From Chiloscyllium plagiosum (lineage: Eukaryota), in the NCBI RefSeq assembly GCF_004010195.1, contig NC_057719.1, forward strand, positions 66,882,764-66,946,763: 64,000 bases of DNA, given 5' to 3'. Of the stretch, positions 1 through 12,439 are shown one piece after another (the stretch's first letter is position 1; each line of letters begins with the position of its first letter). The notes beneath the pieces were generated by a model. The model did no database searches. It had not been told where the DNA came from and saw only the letters and a program-made list of their open reading frames with translations. Made by a program: the position numbers and the translations under genes.

Positions 1-86
1 TCGCCTGAGGCGGGAATTGAACCCGGGTCTCTGGCGCTGTGAGGCAGCAGTGCTAACCACTGTGCCACCGTGCCACCGTGCCGCCC
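1..86 (-). mobile_element. tRNA-derived SINE head (HE1/V-SINE family), cut by window edge
   Basis: Reverse complement reads GGGCGGCACGGTGGCACGGTGGCACAGTGGTTAGCACTGCTGCCTCACAGCGCC...GGGTTCAATTCCC with Pol III A and B boxes; nearly the same as the head of the copy at 50035. Confidence 0.85.
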
Positions 87-1035
87 CTGACCGTATCCTG
101 GAACATTAAGCTGCCAGTTCTGCATATTCTTGAGCCATGTTTCTGTAATTGCTATGATATCCCAGTCCCATGTTCCTAATCATGCCCTGAGTTTATCTGC
201 CTTCCCCTGTTAAGCCTCTTGCATTGAATTAAATGCAGTTTAATCTATCAGTCCTACCTTGTTCTCTGCTTTGTCCCTGCCTGCCCTGACTGTTTAACTT
301 GCTAATTTTCTCAACTGTACCAGTCTCAGATTGATCTCTTTCCTCGCTATCTCCCTGGGTTCAACCCCCCCAATTTACTAGTTTAAATCCTTCCAAGCAG
401 CTTTAGCAAATCTCCCTGCCAGTATATTAGTCCCCTACTCCAAAAGAGATTCCAATGATCCAAAAATTGTGAATCCTTCTCCCATACACCAGTTCCTCAG
501 CCATGCATCCATTTGCTCTATCCTCCTATTCCTGCCCTTGCTAGCTCATCGCACCAGGAGTAATCCAGATATTACTACTTTCGAGGGCCTCCTTTTTAAA
601 TTCCTGCCTAACTCTTTGTAATCACCCTTCAGAATCTCAACTTTTTCCCTTCCTTTGTTGTTGGTTCCAATGTAGACATGACCTCTTGCTGGTCCCTCTC
701 CCCTTTGAGAACATTCTGCACCCTCTCTGAGACATCCTTGATACCAATACCAGCGAAGCAACACACCATTCTGATTTTTCACTGCTGGCCACAGATACGT
801 CTGTCTGTACCTCGGACAAGAGAATCCCCTAACACAATTGATCTCTTGGAAGCTGACGTACCCCTCATTGCATTAGAGCCAGTCTCAATACCAGAAACAT
901 GGCTGTTCATGCTACGTTCCCCTGAGAATCCATCACCCCCTACATTTTCCAAAACAGCATACCTGTTTGAAATGGGTATATCCACAAAAGACTCCTGCAC
1001 TAGCTACCTACCTCTCTTACCTTTCCTGTTTGTTA
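87..1035 (-). mobile_element. CR1-type LINE internal fragment: ORF1 (SGNH/GDSL esterase) and start of ORF2 (APE endonuclease), disrupted
   Basis: ORF 779-1000 has IVLGDSLVRGTDRRICG (CR1 ORF1 esterase motif). Minus strand ~130-230 reads FNARGLTG/KADKLRA*LGTWDWDIIAITETWL (APE N-terminus) with a frameshift and a stop. Confidence 0.85.
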
Positions 1036-1222
1036 ATTTTCCCAGACCCACTCCAATGTCGAGCAATACATGAATTCAAACAGTAAAGGCAGTACCCTGG
1101 TCAGTTTCTTTCTCTCTCTCTCCTGCATTTTCTTTAATTATAAGAGATTGGATTGTGTAGATGTGCACAAAGACGTGGGTAACTTCAACAGTAAGTCATT
1201 GATGATGCAGCAAAAATAGGAA

Positions 1223-1446
1223 GTCAAAAAGTGTGGCACTGGAAAAGCACAGCCAGCCAGGTAGCATCCGAGGAACAGGAGAGTCGACAGTTTGAGCATC
1301 AGCTCTTCATCAGGAATGACTGATGAAGAGCTTATGCTCGAAACGTCGATTTTCCTGCTGCTCAGATACTGCCAGACTGGCTGTGCTTTTCCAGTGCCAC
1401 ATGTTCTGACTCTGATCTCTAGCATCTGCAGTCCTTACTTTCTCCG
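1223..1446. mobile_element. Palindromic Penelope-like terminal insertion (family A) with 14-bp TSD
   Basis: Inverted arms (tgtggcactggaaaagcacagccag.../...ctggctgtgcttttccagtgccaca); flanked by AGCAAAAATAGGAA at 1209-1222 and 1447-1460. Confidence 0.85.
1320..1349 (+). ncRNA. Minimal hammerhead ribozyme motif (core intact, stem I poor)
   Basis: CTGATGA-A-GAGC-TTAT-GCTC-GAAA-C-GTC. Confidence 0.65.
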
Positions 1447-2001
1447 AGCAAAAATAGGAAAGCGAGTTATAGGCGGATTTGGGTACAGGAATGGTGAAGG
1501 TGTTGGTTCAATTGCGCAGGAGTTTGGTTAGATCGTACCTGGGGTACTGTGTGCAGTTTTAGTCTCCTTTTCTCAGGAAAGATGTTATTCTCAGAGAAGA
1601 ACTGCGACAAAAGTTCACCAGACTTGTTCCTGGGATGGAAAGACTGTCCTATGAAGAGACATTAGACAAACTGTGTTCTCTCTAATCTCAAAGATTGTGG
1701 GTGATTAAAACTTGTAAAATACTTAAAGTGATAGGCGGGGTAATTGCAGGTAAGCTATTTTTCGTTGTTGGGAATCTAGAACCAACCATTTTTTATGAAA
1801 AGGTCTAAGATGAGAATTTGTTTTACTCAGAGGATTGTGCATTTTTGGAATTCTCCACCGTGGAGGGCTGTGGAAGTTTAGTCTTTGAGTATGTTCACGG
1901 TAGAGATTGATTGATTTCTGATCATCAATGGCATTCAGACTTATGGGAATAAGGTAGATAAGAGGCGTTGAAATTGTTGATCAGCCATGATCATATTAAA
2001 T

Positions 2002-2178
2002 TAGAGACAATAAACTGCAGATGCTAGAATCCAAAGTAGACAATCAGGAGGCTGGGAGAACACAGCAAGCCAGGCAGCAGCAGGAGGTGCAGAAGGACCT
2101 GAAGAAGGATTACACCCGAAACATCAACTTCTGCACCTCCTGATGCTTCCTGGCTTGCTGTGTTCTCCCAGCCTCCTG
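2002..2178. mobile_element. Palindromic Penelope-like terminal insertion (family A variant) with 16-bp TSD and hammerhead remnant
   Basis: Arms caggaggctgggagaacacagcaagccagg / cctggcttgctgtgttctcccagcctcctg. TSD CATGATCATATTAAAT (1986-2001) vs CATGGTCATATTAAAT (2179-2194). CTGAAGA-A-GGAT-TAC-ACCC-GAAA-C-ATC starts at 2099. Confidence 0.8.
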
Positions 2179-3560
2179 CATGGTCATATTAAATGGCAAG
2201 GAAGGCACAATGGGCTGAATGGTCTAGTCCAGTTCCTACATTCCTATAATCAGATCCCTCATCTACCTGGCCTCTAAATGCCCTTTCTCACATTCCCAAG
2301 TGAAATTCTCTTTCTTCACCTATTCTTAGAGACAATTATTGCTTTCTTACCATAATCACACCAGAAAATTTACAACAGTAAAATGAGAGAGCAGGTCATT
2401 CATGATGCTTGGTTGTATCCCATCTACATTATTTCAGAAAGTCACATGATGTTTTTACAGAATGACCCTAGGATGTTGCTGAAATGAAAGGGAAGTTTTA
2501 TGATATATATAACTAGTTCACATTCATGACAGTGAAAGGATACATCAAAAAATAATGGCTGTTAAAATACAGATTTCAAATGTTTTTTTTATTTTTGCAG
2601 GGACAGCTGTTCTAATCAGGTCAGAAAATGCAAATACGCAATGCACTCAGGGTAGACAGAAACTGTCAGAAATTCGCAAATGCAAATCCAAGTGACTTCT
2701 CCCTTCTGTCAGCACATAAACAAAGAAGGAGGTAGCAAAACATAGAAATATTTCACAGATATTTTAAAAATTATGATAATGTTATCAAAGATTGTAACAA
2801 AATCCTTGGCATTTTATTTTGGAATCTTATCACACTGAAGGAGGACACTTGACCCTTGCAATCTGTTTTGGCAATTTAAAAGAGCTGTCTGATTATGAAA
2901 ATCCCACTTTCCTGCTCTTTCCCCATCGCCCTGCAATTTTCATCATTCAAATATTTATCCAGCTCCCTTTGGAACTTAATGTTGAACCTGCTTCCATCAA
3001 TTTTCAGTCAATGCATTCCTGATCACAATGACTTGCTGTGTAGGGAAATTTCTCCTGAACTCAATTATGTCAATTTGTCAATTATTATAGTTCCATGCTG
3101 TTGTTATTAACTCTTCTTTCACTGGGAACAGTTTCCCTTTCATTAGTCTGTCAAAATCCTTTATAATTTGTTAAAGTATTAACTAATTATAAAAGGGAGG
3201 TATCTGATTGAAGGCATTCATGTATGTCACTTAAAGGCCAGGCTAGAGAAGAGCAGAAGATTTCCTTTCCAGTCAATTTATCTGGTAGAATTCATAATCT
3301 TTCTTTCACATTTGGCCCCAACAATTAGCAGATTTATTGAACAAATGTTACCATGGAGAAATTCGATAGCACAACCTCTGGGTTTTTAGTTGATGCAAAA
3401 AGGCTAGGAGGAACTTCATTTCCACACTCTCCCACATTCCTGCTATTTGTGCATTAATGATGGACAGAACCTCATCAGTGACAATACAAAAATAGATTTT
3501 AAAAATTCCTCAAGTTTCAGAAAGGTGAAACCAGACTTTTCATTTATAGTAATCACGATT

Positions 3561-3766
3561 TGGAGATGTCGGTGTTGGACTGGGGTGTACAAAATTAAAA
3601 ATCACACAGCACCAGGTTATAGTCCAACAGATTTATTTGGAAGCACACTAGCTTCCAGAGCGCTGTTCTTTCATCAGGTGGTTGATGAAGGAGCAGCGCT
3701 CCGAAAGCTAGTGCTTCCAAATAAACCTGTTGGACTATAACCTGGTGCTGTGTGATTTTTAACTTT
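3561..3766. mobile_element. Palindromic Penelope-like terminal insertion (family B) with decayed hammerhead motifs on both strands
   Basis: Arms ~3591-3676 and ~3683-3766. + strand TTGATGA-A-GGAGC-AGC-GCTCC-GAAA-GC-TA-GTG; - strand CAC-CTGATGA-A-AGAAC-AGC-GCTCT-GGAA-GC-TA-GTG. Confidence 0.8.
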
Positions 3767-5971
3767 TATTTATGCCTTTGACTCTTTTAGCAAGAAACAA
3801 TGGAGCTAACTGGAAATGTGAGGAATGTTGGTTTGCTGTGTTGCTGATTACAGCTGTCGGGCTCCTACACTGCCTGGCAAATTGGTGGAATGCTGGACTG
3901 GGAAGGTATGAATCAGGACTTGACTTGCACAATCTCAGGTACATTAATGCTGTCTCATTTACCTTATATTGCTGCTACCAACCACCATGTCACAAGTTAA
4001 AGTGAAATTATGGTTAAAATTAGAGAATAAATTAGAGAAAATATATGGTTGGTGGCCTATGGAAAGTTCAACATTACAGATAACTGATACTAAGTGAGAG
4101 TTCCTGGATCCAAAGGAAAATATACAATTAGCCATTCCCTACAGCTCATTATAAAAGGAGAGTATAGTGCCAGCAACAAAGTGGGTGAAAAAATCAATAA
4201 TATGGAACACCAGTTGGGTTAGAGTGGCAGAGTGCTTGGTTTGCTTTGAGGTGAAATAGTCACGATGTTCTCAGACTGTTAACTAATGGAACTCATCATC
4301 ATAATTAGTAGGTTTAATATCCATTCTCAGTAGCACTTATCCTAATATCCATGGTGATACAAAATGAATCCTTCCATCACAGTGCTGCTCAAATGCATGA
4401 TCTCATTTTTATTTAAATAGTAACATTTGTCAGGTCTTTTCAAAAATGAGGGAAAACAAGTCAATACAATGGCAGCGTTTTAAATAATAAAGCCATTTTA
4501 AACATTAAAGAAAAATCTGGATCAAAGTTGAAACTTGCAGTACAGGTCTTTAAGTTTACTGCCTATCTGATTAAATTTCTAATGATCAAAGTTTAAAAAA
4601 TCAACAAAATTGACCCCATTTATGTCCTGTGCTATTGTACTGGTGGGGGTTTTGTGGCAGTATCCCTATCTCTGGGCTAGAAGGCGCAGGTTCATGTCCC
4701 ACCTGCTTCAAGCATATGTTGTAACATGTCTCAACAGGCTGTTTATAAACTAATTGTGTTGTGCTGCTCCATAGCACCTAATAGACCAAGAAGAAACACT
4801 TGTGCATCTCACCTCTATCCCATCCCTCCCCCACCCCACCACCACCTGAATATCTAACTCCATACACCTCCTCCTTTTTCAATGCTTCTAATGCTGTGCC
4901 TGTATACTCTAAACCAAAATGGAATGGAAATTCTGACCTCCAGCTCAGAAAGGCATCAATTAGGCCCAGTAGCAGTTGAGTTGCTCAAATGCAGGACTGC
5001 TTCACCCAAGATCAGCTGACAGCAAGTTGTTGTTAAGGAGAATATCGATGGAGAGGAGCAGCTGGCAGTGAAATAGAAGCAGAATACATTGCACTAAAAA
5101 AGGTAAATGCATTCTAGTGAGGGAGATAGAGAAACAAGATGGAAGGAGGAAATCATTGATCAGATCCAACATGATTTCAAGTTTTAGTGAAGGTACTAGT
5201 TAGAGGAAGCTGGTAATGGGGCACTCTGTGACAAAGGAAAACAAGTATGGATCTGGAAAATGACGTCGGCGTAAAAAGATAATTGTTTCAACTGTGGGAA
5301 TATCATGTTTCAGTATGTCTACAATCAGGGACTGGTGATGAGGTTGAATTCCTGCTTTGATTAAAGAATAATTGTTATTGGCTCTTGAAGGAGTAGAAGA
5401 TCACATCAGCAGTTGTATAGGCAGCTTGAAGGTCCTTTTCCTTGAATTACAAATAAACTCCGTCAGAATAAAAAAAGTAGGGACGCGTGGAGTGGGTTTG
5501 TGTGCACTTTACAGTATTGCATATAATCCTTGAATTGATACAAGTATTTTAATTGCTGTTTGCTAGCTCCACTGGGGAGAATTGAGCAAAACAGGAGCAT
5601 TCATGTCACCCTGCTCCTTCTGCTGGTCTTCTTGCAATTGGTGTTATTTAGAACCATTTATTCATTTAATGATAATCTTGCACACTTCAGCAGCACCATA
5701 GCATTTACTTCCTCTTCAATACCAGATTTGCATTGAAGTAGAGTGGTAATACATCAAATGACATCCTTGCTTTATCTACAGGAGCACCAAGTACAAAAGC
5801 AAGGAAGTTATGTGAGACTTGTCTAAAACAGTCATTCTTAAGGAAGAGGAGCAGTAGTGGACCATTAAGCCCCTTGAGCCACTCTGCCATTCAGCTAGAG
5901 TATGGCCAATCTTCCACCTCAATGCTATTTTCCTGCAGTATCCCTTGATAATTTTAATATCTAAAAACCTA

Positions 5972-6650
5972 GGAGGTAGTGAGGACTGCAGATGCCGGAG
6001 AGTCAGAGTTGATAAAATGTGGCGTTGGAAAAAACACAGCAGGTCAAGCAGCATCCAAGAAGCAGGAGAATCAAGGTTTCAGGCAGAACCGTTCATCAGG
6101 ACTGGGGAGGGGGAAGAGGGCTGAGAAATAGTTGGTGGGGTGGAGATGGGGGAAAGGGAGGTGGGATGGCGATAGGTGGATGCCGGTAGGAGGTTGTGAT
6201 AGGTCGGTGGGAATTGTGGAGCAGATAGATGGGAAGAAACATGGACACATAGGTCAGGTCAAAAGGGTGGAGCTGAGTCAGAGGATTGGATCTGGGATGG
6301 GGTCAGGGTGGGGGGCGGGGGGGGCAGGAGATTTGGAAGCTGGTGAATTCAATGTTGAGGCCATCTGGTTGTAGGCTCCTGAGGCAGAAGATGAGTTGTT
6401 CCTCCTCCAGTTTGAGGGTGGCCTTGTTTAGGTGGTGGAGGAGGCCCAGAACACACATGTTATTGGGGGACTTGAAATGGTTGGCCACCAGAAGGTGGGG
6501 TTGATTGGTGTTTATGGTCTAGAGATGTTCCTTGAACCATTCTGCGATTTTGCCCTCCGTCTCCCCGATGTAAAGGAGACCACATTGAGAATAACAGATG
6601 CAATAAATGAAGTTTGAAGATATGCAAGTAAATCTGTGCTGGATTTGGAA
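5972..6650 (-). mobile_element. Penelope-like retroelement 3' end: GIY-YIG endonuclease remnant plus family-A terminus
   Basis: Minus strand ~6635-6520 translates RFTCISSNFIYCICYSQCGLLYIGETEGKIAEWFKEHL*, then VANHF...LKLEEEQLIFCLRSLQPDGLNIEF (ORF 6303-6488). Terminus 5972-6103 is homologous to the family A palindrome arms. Confidence 0.85.
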
Positions 6651-7139
6651 TTCCTACCCTTTGGACCAACGTTTAATCTGATTGGCTGCCAACTGGGAGA
6701 AAAAGATTCAATGAAATCCTGCCATTAAATTCAGCGATATCTCTGTTGTACCTTGATTTCCAGCACAATTCCACAATAAGGGCGCCAAAGAGCCTGATAA
6801 CATAATTAGTGAAGTAAAGAATAGAGGATTGTGTGAGAAGAGCTGTGTCAGGCTATGATGGACTGTGTACCATGAATCTTATTTCACAATACCCTTCAAC
6901 TAAAAATAGGAAAATTCAACCCTTAGGCATTATGAACCTGTGCCTCCAATCCCTGGGTCTTAGATTAGTCAGAAGTCTTCCAAATAGGTAAAAAGGTTTA
7001 ACAGACTACATCCAAACAGAAACTCTGCTGATAAGGATTTACCAGCATTTTGGTCTGGCAATTTATTCTCAAGGAAGTACATTCCTCTGCCTTACTGCTG
7101 TATCTCTTAACTCCTTCACTGCTACTAAATTAACAGGTG

Positions 7140-7920
7140 ACTTGTAAGGCATCCAGGTCTGAATGAGAAGAAATTTCTTCAAATTAAATATCGGGAAGAA
7201 CAAAGTTATTGTTTTCTATCCCCACTCCAATTCCATTCCCTAACTACCGACTCCATCCCTCTGACTGGCAACAATTGTAGATAAAACCACACTGTTCCCA
7301 ACCTCAGTGACACATTTAAATCTGAGATGAACTTCTAAGACATATTCATGCCATTTCTAATACCACTTATTTCCATCTCCACAACACCTTTTGACCACGT
7401 CCTTGTTTTAATTCATCTGTTCATTGTCTTTGTCACTTCTATACTTGATAACTCTAACGTACCCTTGATTGGTGTCCCGTATAAATCTGAGTCATCCAAA
7501 TCTCTGCTGCCCATGTCTTAACATGCAACAAGTATCATTCTCTTATCACTTATTTACTCATTGACATATATTGGCTCCAGCTCAACAATGTCTTAATTTA
7601 AAAATCCTTAATTGCATTTTCAGATCACTCCATGTCTTTGTCACTCCTTGTCTTTGCAATACCTATGATCCTCTAACATCAGCATTTTTGTGCATTCCCA
7701 ATTATAATTGCTTCAGTTACCAAGAACACAAAATTTGGAGTTCTGTCCTTACATCTCTCCAACTCACCACCTCACTTTTCTCTTTTAAGGCAGTTCTTAA
7801 AATTTAGCTCTTTTACCAAACGTTTGGCCACCTAGTCTAATACCACCTCTGTGGCATGGTGTTTTACTTTATATTATGAATGCATTGGAAGGTTTCATTT
7901 CGTTGAAGGCACTATAACAA
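7140..7920 (+). mobile_element. Degenerate L2-type LINE 3' fragment
   Basis: Resembles an L2 ORF2 end (catccaggtctgaatgagaagaaatttcttcaaattaaatatcgggaagaacaaag; tttaaaatcctta; tttaaggcagttcttaaaa); pattern recognition only. Confidence 0.55.
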
Positions 7921-9051
7921 TATATATTGTATATATAATATATATTATAATTTATCAGAACTTTTTGCATTTAGCAGTATATTCACATGCATTTATTTAT
8001 AAGTATTGCTTATATGCTGTTGCACCTTTCAATTAAATTGTTCTTGTCGAGGCATGCTTTAATTTCTCTAAAATGTTTGCACCATTATCCTGACACCAAG
8101 ACCTTGCTTGATCTCTGGCTCAGTTAGGCCTCATTATTAAGTGTGGAGAACCTGAATACTAGTAATTATGTTTTTGAGGTCATTTCCAAAACTACTTACC
8201 TTAACAATTTAACACTGCACACTCCCAAACAAAAAAAAATGTTTTCTAATTTACAATAGATTTAGAAGTGAGTAAATTTATGCTAAAATTCTTAGGTGCA
8301 GCAGAATCTTAAGGCACTATTGTTTCATACTGATTTATTATTTTGCTTATCAAAAGTAATCACTTTATTGAGACATGTATTGCATTTCCAAATCTTTAAT
8401 TTAAGAAGAAATCATTAAAAACAGGAAAGCTTTACAGTATATCTTATAAATATACATGTAATGTGCATAAATGATGAATGATGGTTTTAAACTTTAATTT
8501 CATAACTCCAGTTATATAAAGACAGACTAAAAGAAACCAAATGGTATGCATTGTGCAGTTTGCACTCTGGAGATTATCTGTGGAATGGTTTCTGTTGTAA
8601 TATGCAGATGAGGACATTGGATGAGGGCTGAATTGTGATTGGTTGTGATATCCTCCCAGGTTAAAGCATATGCCAACACTCATACTCCAAGCCCACACAG
8701 AAAGAATTTTTAATTGAGACAGTTACAGGAGGCGCACTCAAATTCTATGTAAACGGTCATTCTACAGAAATCCTCAAAAATTCGCAAGTGAAGTGTTTTT
8801 ATGTTGTTGCTGTCTCTAGAGCAGAATAAAATTAACTTTGAAAGACAAAGTTAGTACAATTTTCTCTTAGTGGGCTGTTTGTCTAATTCCACTTTCTGAT
8901 GATTTTCTGTTTGATTTGACCTTCTACCCTGTTCATGACCCAATCAGTTTTCAAGTAACTCATGGGATTTATGTGCAAAATGTGGCTTTGTCCTGAGAAT
9001 GTTGATCGTATCAAGATCACAAAGATATCCATGAAGCAAACCCTCTGCATA

Positions 9052-9123
9052 GACCTTCCCATTAAATTCATAACTTTCCCTCATTTTGACCTTCCCATTA
9101 ATTTCATAACTTTCCCTCATTTT
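9052..9123 (+). repeat. 36-bp tandem duplication
   Basis: GACCTTCCCATTAAATTCATAACTTTCCCTCATTTT twice (9052-9087, 9088-9123), one mismatch. Confidence 0.95.
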
Positions 9124-10059
9124 GATCACTAATATAAGAGGAAGTGGGGGACATAGTGGTAATGTCACTAGACTGGTAGATGTTCTGGGGACATGTGTTG
9201 AAATCCCATCATGACAGTTTCTTGTAGAAAAAGTTGGTCTAATGGTAATCACAAGATCACTGTTGTTTTTAATTTAAAAACCTATCTGGCTGACCTTTGT
9301 GCTTTAGGCAAGGAATTCTGCATTCTTCACCTGGTCTTCCCTACATGATTGTAAATACTGACCCAGCCAGCAATTCCCACATGAAAGAATTCTTTGAAAA
9401 ATCTTTCAGGAAAGAAAATCTGCTGTGATTACTGAGTCTAGTCTAATTGTGACTCCAGATTCACAGCAATATAGTTGACTCCTGAAAGGCTATCTGAAAA
9501 CGTCTGGTAAGTTTATCATACTGCTAGAACAAAGAATAAAACCAGATGAACCACACAGGCAGCAGATTTGGATCTGATGAAAATATACCCAGCTCAATCG
9601 ACCCCAGAAAGTCCTTCTCATGAACATCATGGAACCTGTGCAAAAATGTCCCAATTGTCCCAAAGCTGTCTGTCACACCAATAAAAGAGTACAATAGCAG
9701 GCTTCTCTCAGTGTCATGCTGTAAGAGGACTCAGTGGAGTCTGAGAACTTTATACCATTCGGTCATACACCATGTTACAATGATGACACCTTCAGCATAC
9801 CTCGTATAAAGTTTCCGTACTCAGAAACAGATTTGACAGAGGAGCCTTGAACTTTCCTGCTAGCCGTTTGTACAGTGGGACTGGAAGAAGCTTGCGGCAA
9901 TGCACCTGCCTAATATTTCAAGAGAACAACTGTAATTACATATGGATGCGCAAACATCCCCCTGAAGTAACTCTAGATCCAAACAGGATTAAGAATTCTA
10001 TCTGATATTTTGTTTACTCTAATATCGTGTCCCACTATTATCCAGCACATAACAGCTGA

Positions 10060-11215
10060 TCAGCAGCAGGTCTCCCTTCTCCATACCACTTATGTTGTCC
10101 AAGGGAAGGGCAGGGCCTATACAGCTTGGCACTAGTGTCATCGCAGGGGTTGCCAGAATGAGGTTAAAGACAACATCGGACTGCCTTAGGGACTCCAGCT
10201 CCAGATTTGTCCTCAGGGTTTACTCGCGAAGCCTTTCCCATGAGTGGGTATGAGCAGCGGAGGTTTGAAATCAGAGTCTTCTCTGTCTTAGATGGACTGC
10301 CTTCCCAGGTTGATGAGTTCCATCTACCCAATTATAAGCCTGCACTCAATTGGCATAGAGCAAGGCGCCAGGGGTTGCTTTCCACGGAGGGAGAGGCCAT
10401 CGCGCCTCACTGGATAGCTACCACTTGCCTCAAGCTGGGCAGCCCCAGCCAACTAGTGCTGTCCCACCACAGTCTGCCCGCTCCACTGGGTGTGTTGGGC
10501 TTCGGCATACAAGTGGCCCGAGCTGCAGACTATAAGTACTGCACCAAGTACAACAAGAAGACAAAGAAAGAAGCCAGCACTCAGACTAGGATGCTGGAAT
10601 ATACAGACCATGACCACTGGTTTATCGGATGATCTTTGGGAGATCAGCGACACACACAAGACAGCAGAGATTAACAATAAATTGCTGAGACTCCAAGTGG
10701 ACATTGCAACGCTCCAAGAGACACACCTCACAGAATCGGGAATCCTGTGTGAGAGAGAGTATACTTTTTTCTCGCAGGGGAAGGGCTCAAACGAGACCGG
10801 AGAGCATGGTGTTGACTTTGCCGTGAAGAACTCGCTGCTGAAGATGGTAGAGTCTCATGAGAAAGGCATGGAGCATGTTTTCTCACTTTGACTCCACACA
10901 TCCAATGGGCCTGTCAACCTTGTCAGTGCCTATGCCCCAAACCCCTACTCTACACAAGATGCAAAGGAGGAGTTCTACGACCAGCCCTCAATGATAATAC
11001 AGGGGATCCCAAGTCAGGCATAGTTGCTACTACTTGGCAACTTCAACGCCAGAATCGGCGCTGACCATGACTCCTGGCTAAACTACCTGGGGCGGTATGG
11101 GTTAGCCAGTATGAATAACAATGGGCAACAACTGCTCAAGCTTTGCACGCTCCACGAATTGTGTGTTACCAACACTTACTTCCAGATCAAAGCTCAGCAC
11201 AAAGTGTCTTGCTGC
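10060..11215 (+). mobile_element. RTE-clade LINE 5' region (5' UTR plus APE endonuclease), disrupted and 3'-truncated
   Basis: LRLGCWNIQTMTTG...LQVDIATLQETHL...YTFFSQGK...EHGVDFAVKN (10490-10891) and LLLGNFNARIGADHDSW...NNNGQQLLKLC...LCVTNTYFQ..HKVS (11024 onward) are typical RTE endonuclease motifs. Confidence 0.85.
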
Positions 11216-12439
11216 ATGGGCAACTGCCAGTCTTGCATACAACTTTGCCCAGGCCTGCACCCTCGAGAGGACACTCCGGTGTCACATCACCGCGATGGCT
11301 CAACACAGAAAGTAGCCCCTGCTTACTTTCAGACATTCCCATCCAGTTGAATAAACGTGTGTTTGTGTGTATGTGGTTGTTAGGTTGAAATCTCAGTGTG
11401 TCATAACAGCAAGAATTCTGCCCCCTCCACCCACCACCCCATTGACAAGCACGACAAATGGTCTGTCGGTGTTTCTGCACTTCAGAGCACATCAATACAG
11501 TAGTACTAATAGCCTTCACACTTTGGCTGAATAGTGAACATGCTAACTGGTGTGGTACAGCTTGGCAAGGCATGAACTCAGTGGATATGAAGTAGGCTCT
11601 AAGTTAACAATGGCAAAAAGAGCAAGCAAGCAGTCCTGTGATGCAGTCTGTCCAACCTGTGAGCTGGGTGCCTGTTCCTGTGCACAAACTGTCCTTTCAG
11701 TGGCCTTTCAATGCTAGTTGCTGGTGCGCCCTTTAGTGCACTGTCTTTCCTAAGTGAGCAACAAATGGATTGGAGAGCTGCCATGAGGATCCTGACAGGT
11801 GGGGAATTCTCATGAATGTCGGGTGCATGTGGTATGTGCTCATTAATCATGTGCTGAGATGGTAGTAAACAACACAGAGGCTCCTTCCAGCAAACGGCAA
11901 GCTGAAGTTACCAGGTATCCATTCTGACCTCCATGTCAAGACTTTTTGGAGTCTATTTTGCCCACGGTGGGTGGTAGGATGGGAAGTTAAATATTACTGA
12001 GATAAGCTATGAGTTTCTTCTGTGTAACGATGGAAAAATTAGGCAGAGTTTTCATTCCTGACCCCTATCCAGTTACTGTCATTCAACTCTATTTTGTACA
12101 TTCTATTCAGCTGAACAATGCTGCATGTAAGGTTAGCAGACATTCATCTGAAATTAGTATTTACTGTTATAACTGCTGTTGTCAAACAACATCACAGCAT
12201 CTAATTAAGTTAGATACATAAACTGCTGTGAATCACTCTTGAATAAAGATGTTTTAGCTTCTGTGCTTTTGTGTAAAGAAGCACTGAAAAACAAAAAAAT
12301 GTTGATTGAGTACACTATGAATTATAGATATCATTAAAATAATTTCTAATGGATGTATAGCTCACCAGTATTTATCATCTAACTTACAAATGACATATAT
12401 AACCATTTCAACAAGATAGCAAAGTTTAACCTGTGTCTA

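Larger units (their letters stand above)
1140..2248 (+). mobile_element. Old CR1-type LINE 3' portion, interrupted by two Penelope-derived palindromes
   Basis: Degenerate end-of-ORF2 sequence (tactgtgtgcagttttagtctcc..., aagttcaccagacttgttcctgggatgg) and 3' tail (gggctgaatggtct...ttcctat). Confidence 0.7.

Noticed and set aside
779..1000. GDSL/SGNH esterase-like ORF as a host gene
   Set aside because: It lies directly upstream of an APE endonuclease remnant, which is CR1 ORF1 architecture, and is frameshifted.
2580..2660. Strong splice acceptor (ttttttttatttttgcag) with a possible donor nearby
   Set aside because: No recognisable coding content or partner exon; cannot be supported without transcript data.
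6290..6326. G-run cluster (possible G-quadruplex)
   Set aside because: Part of the Penelope element sequence; no locus-specific evidence.
11405..11990. GC-richer block with loosely inverted ends (similar blocks at ~15215-15320 and ~18700-19250)
   Set aside because: Probably old repeats, but I could not define TIRs, TSDs or a family with confidence.
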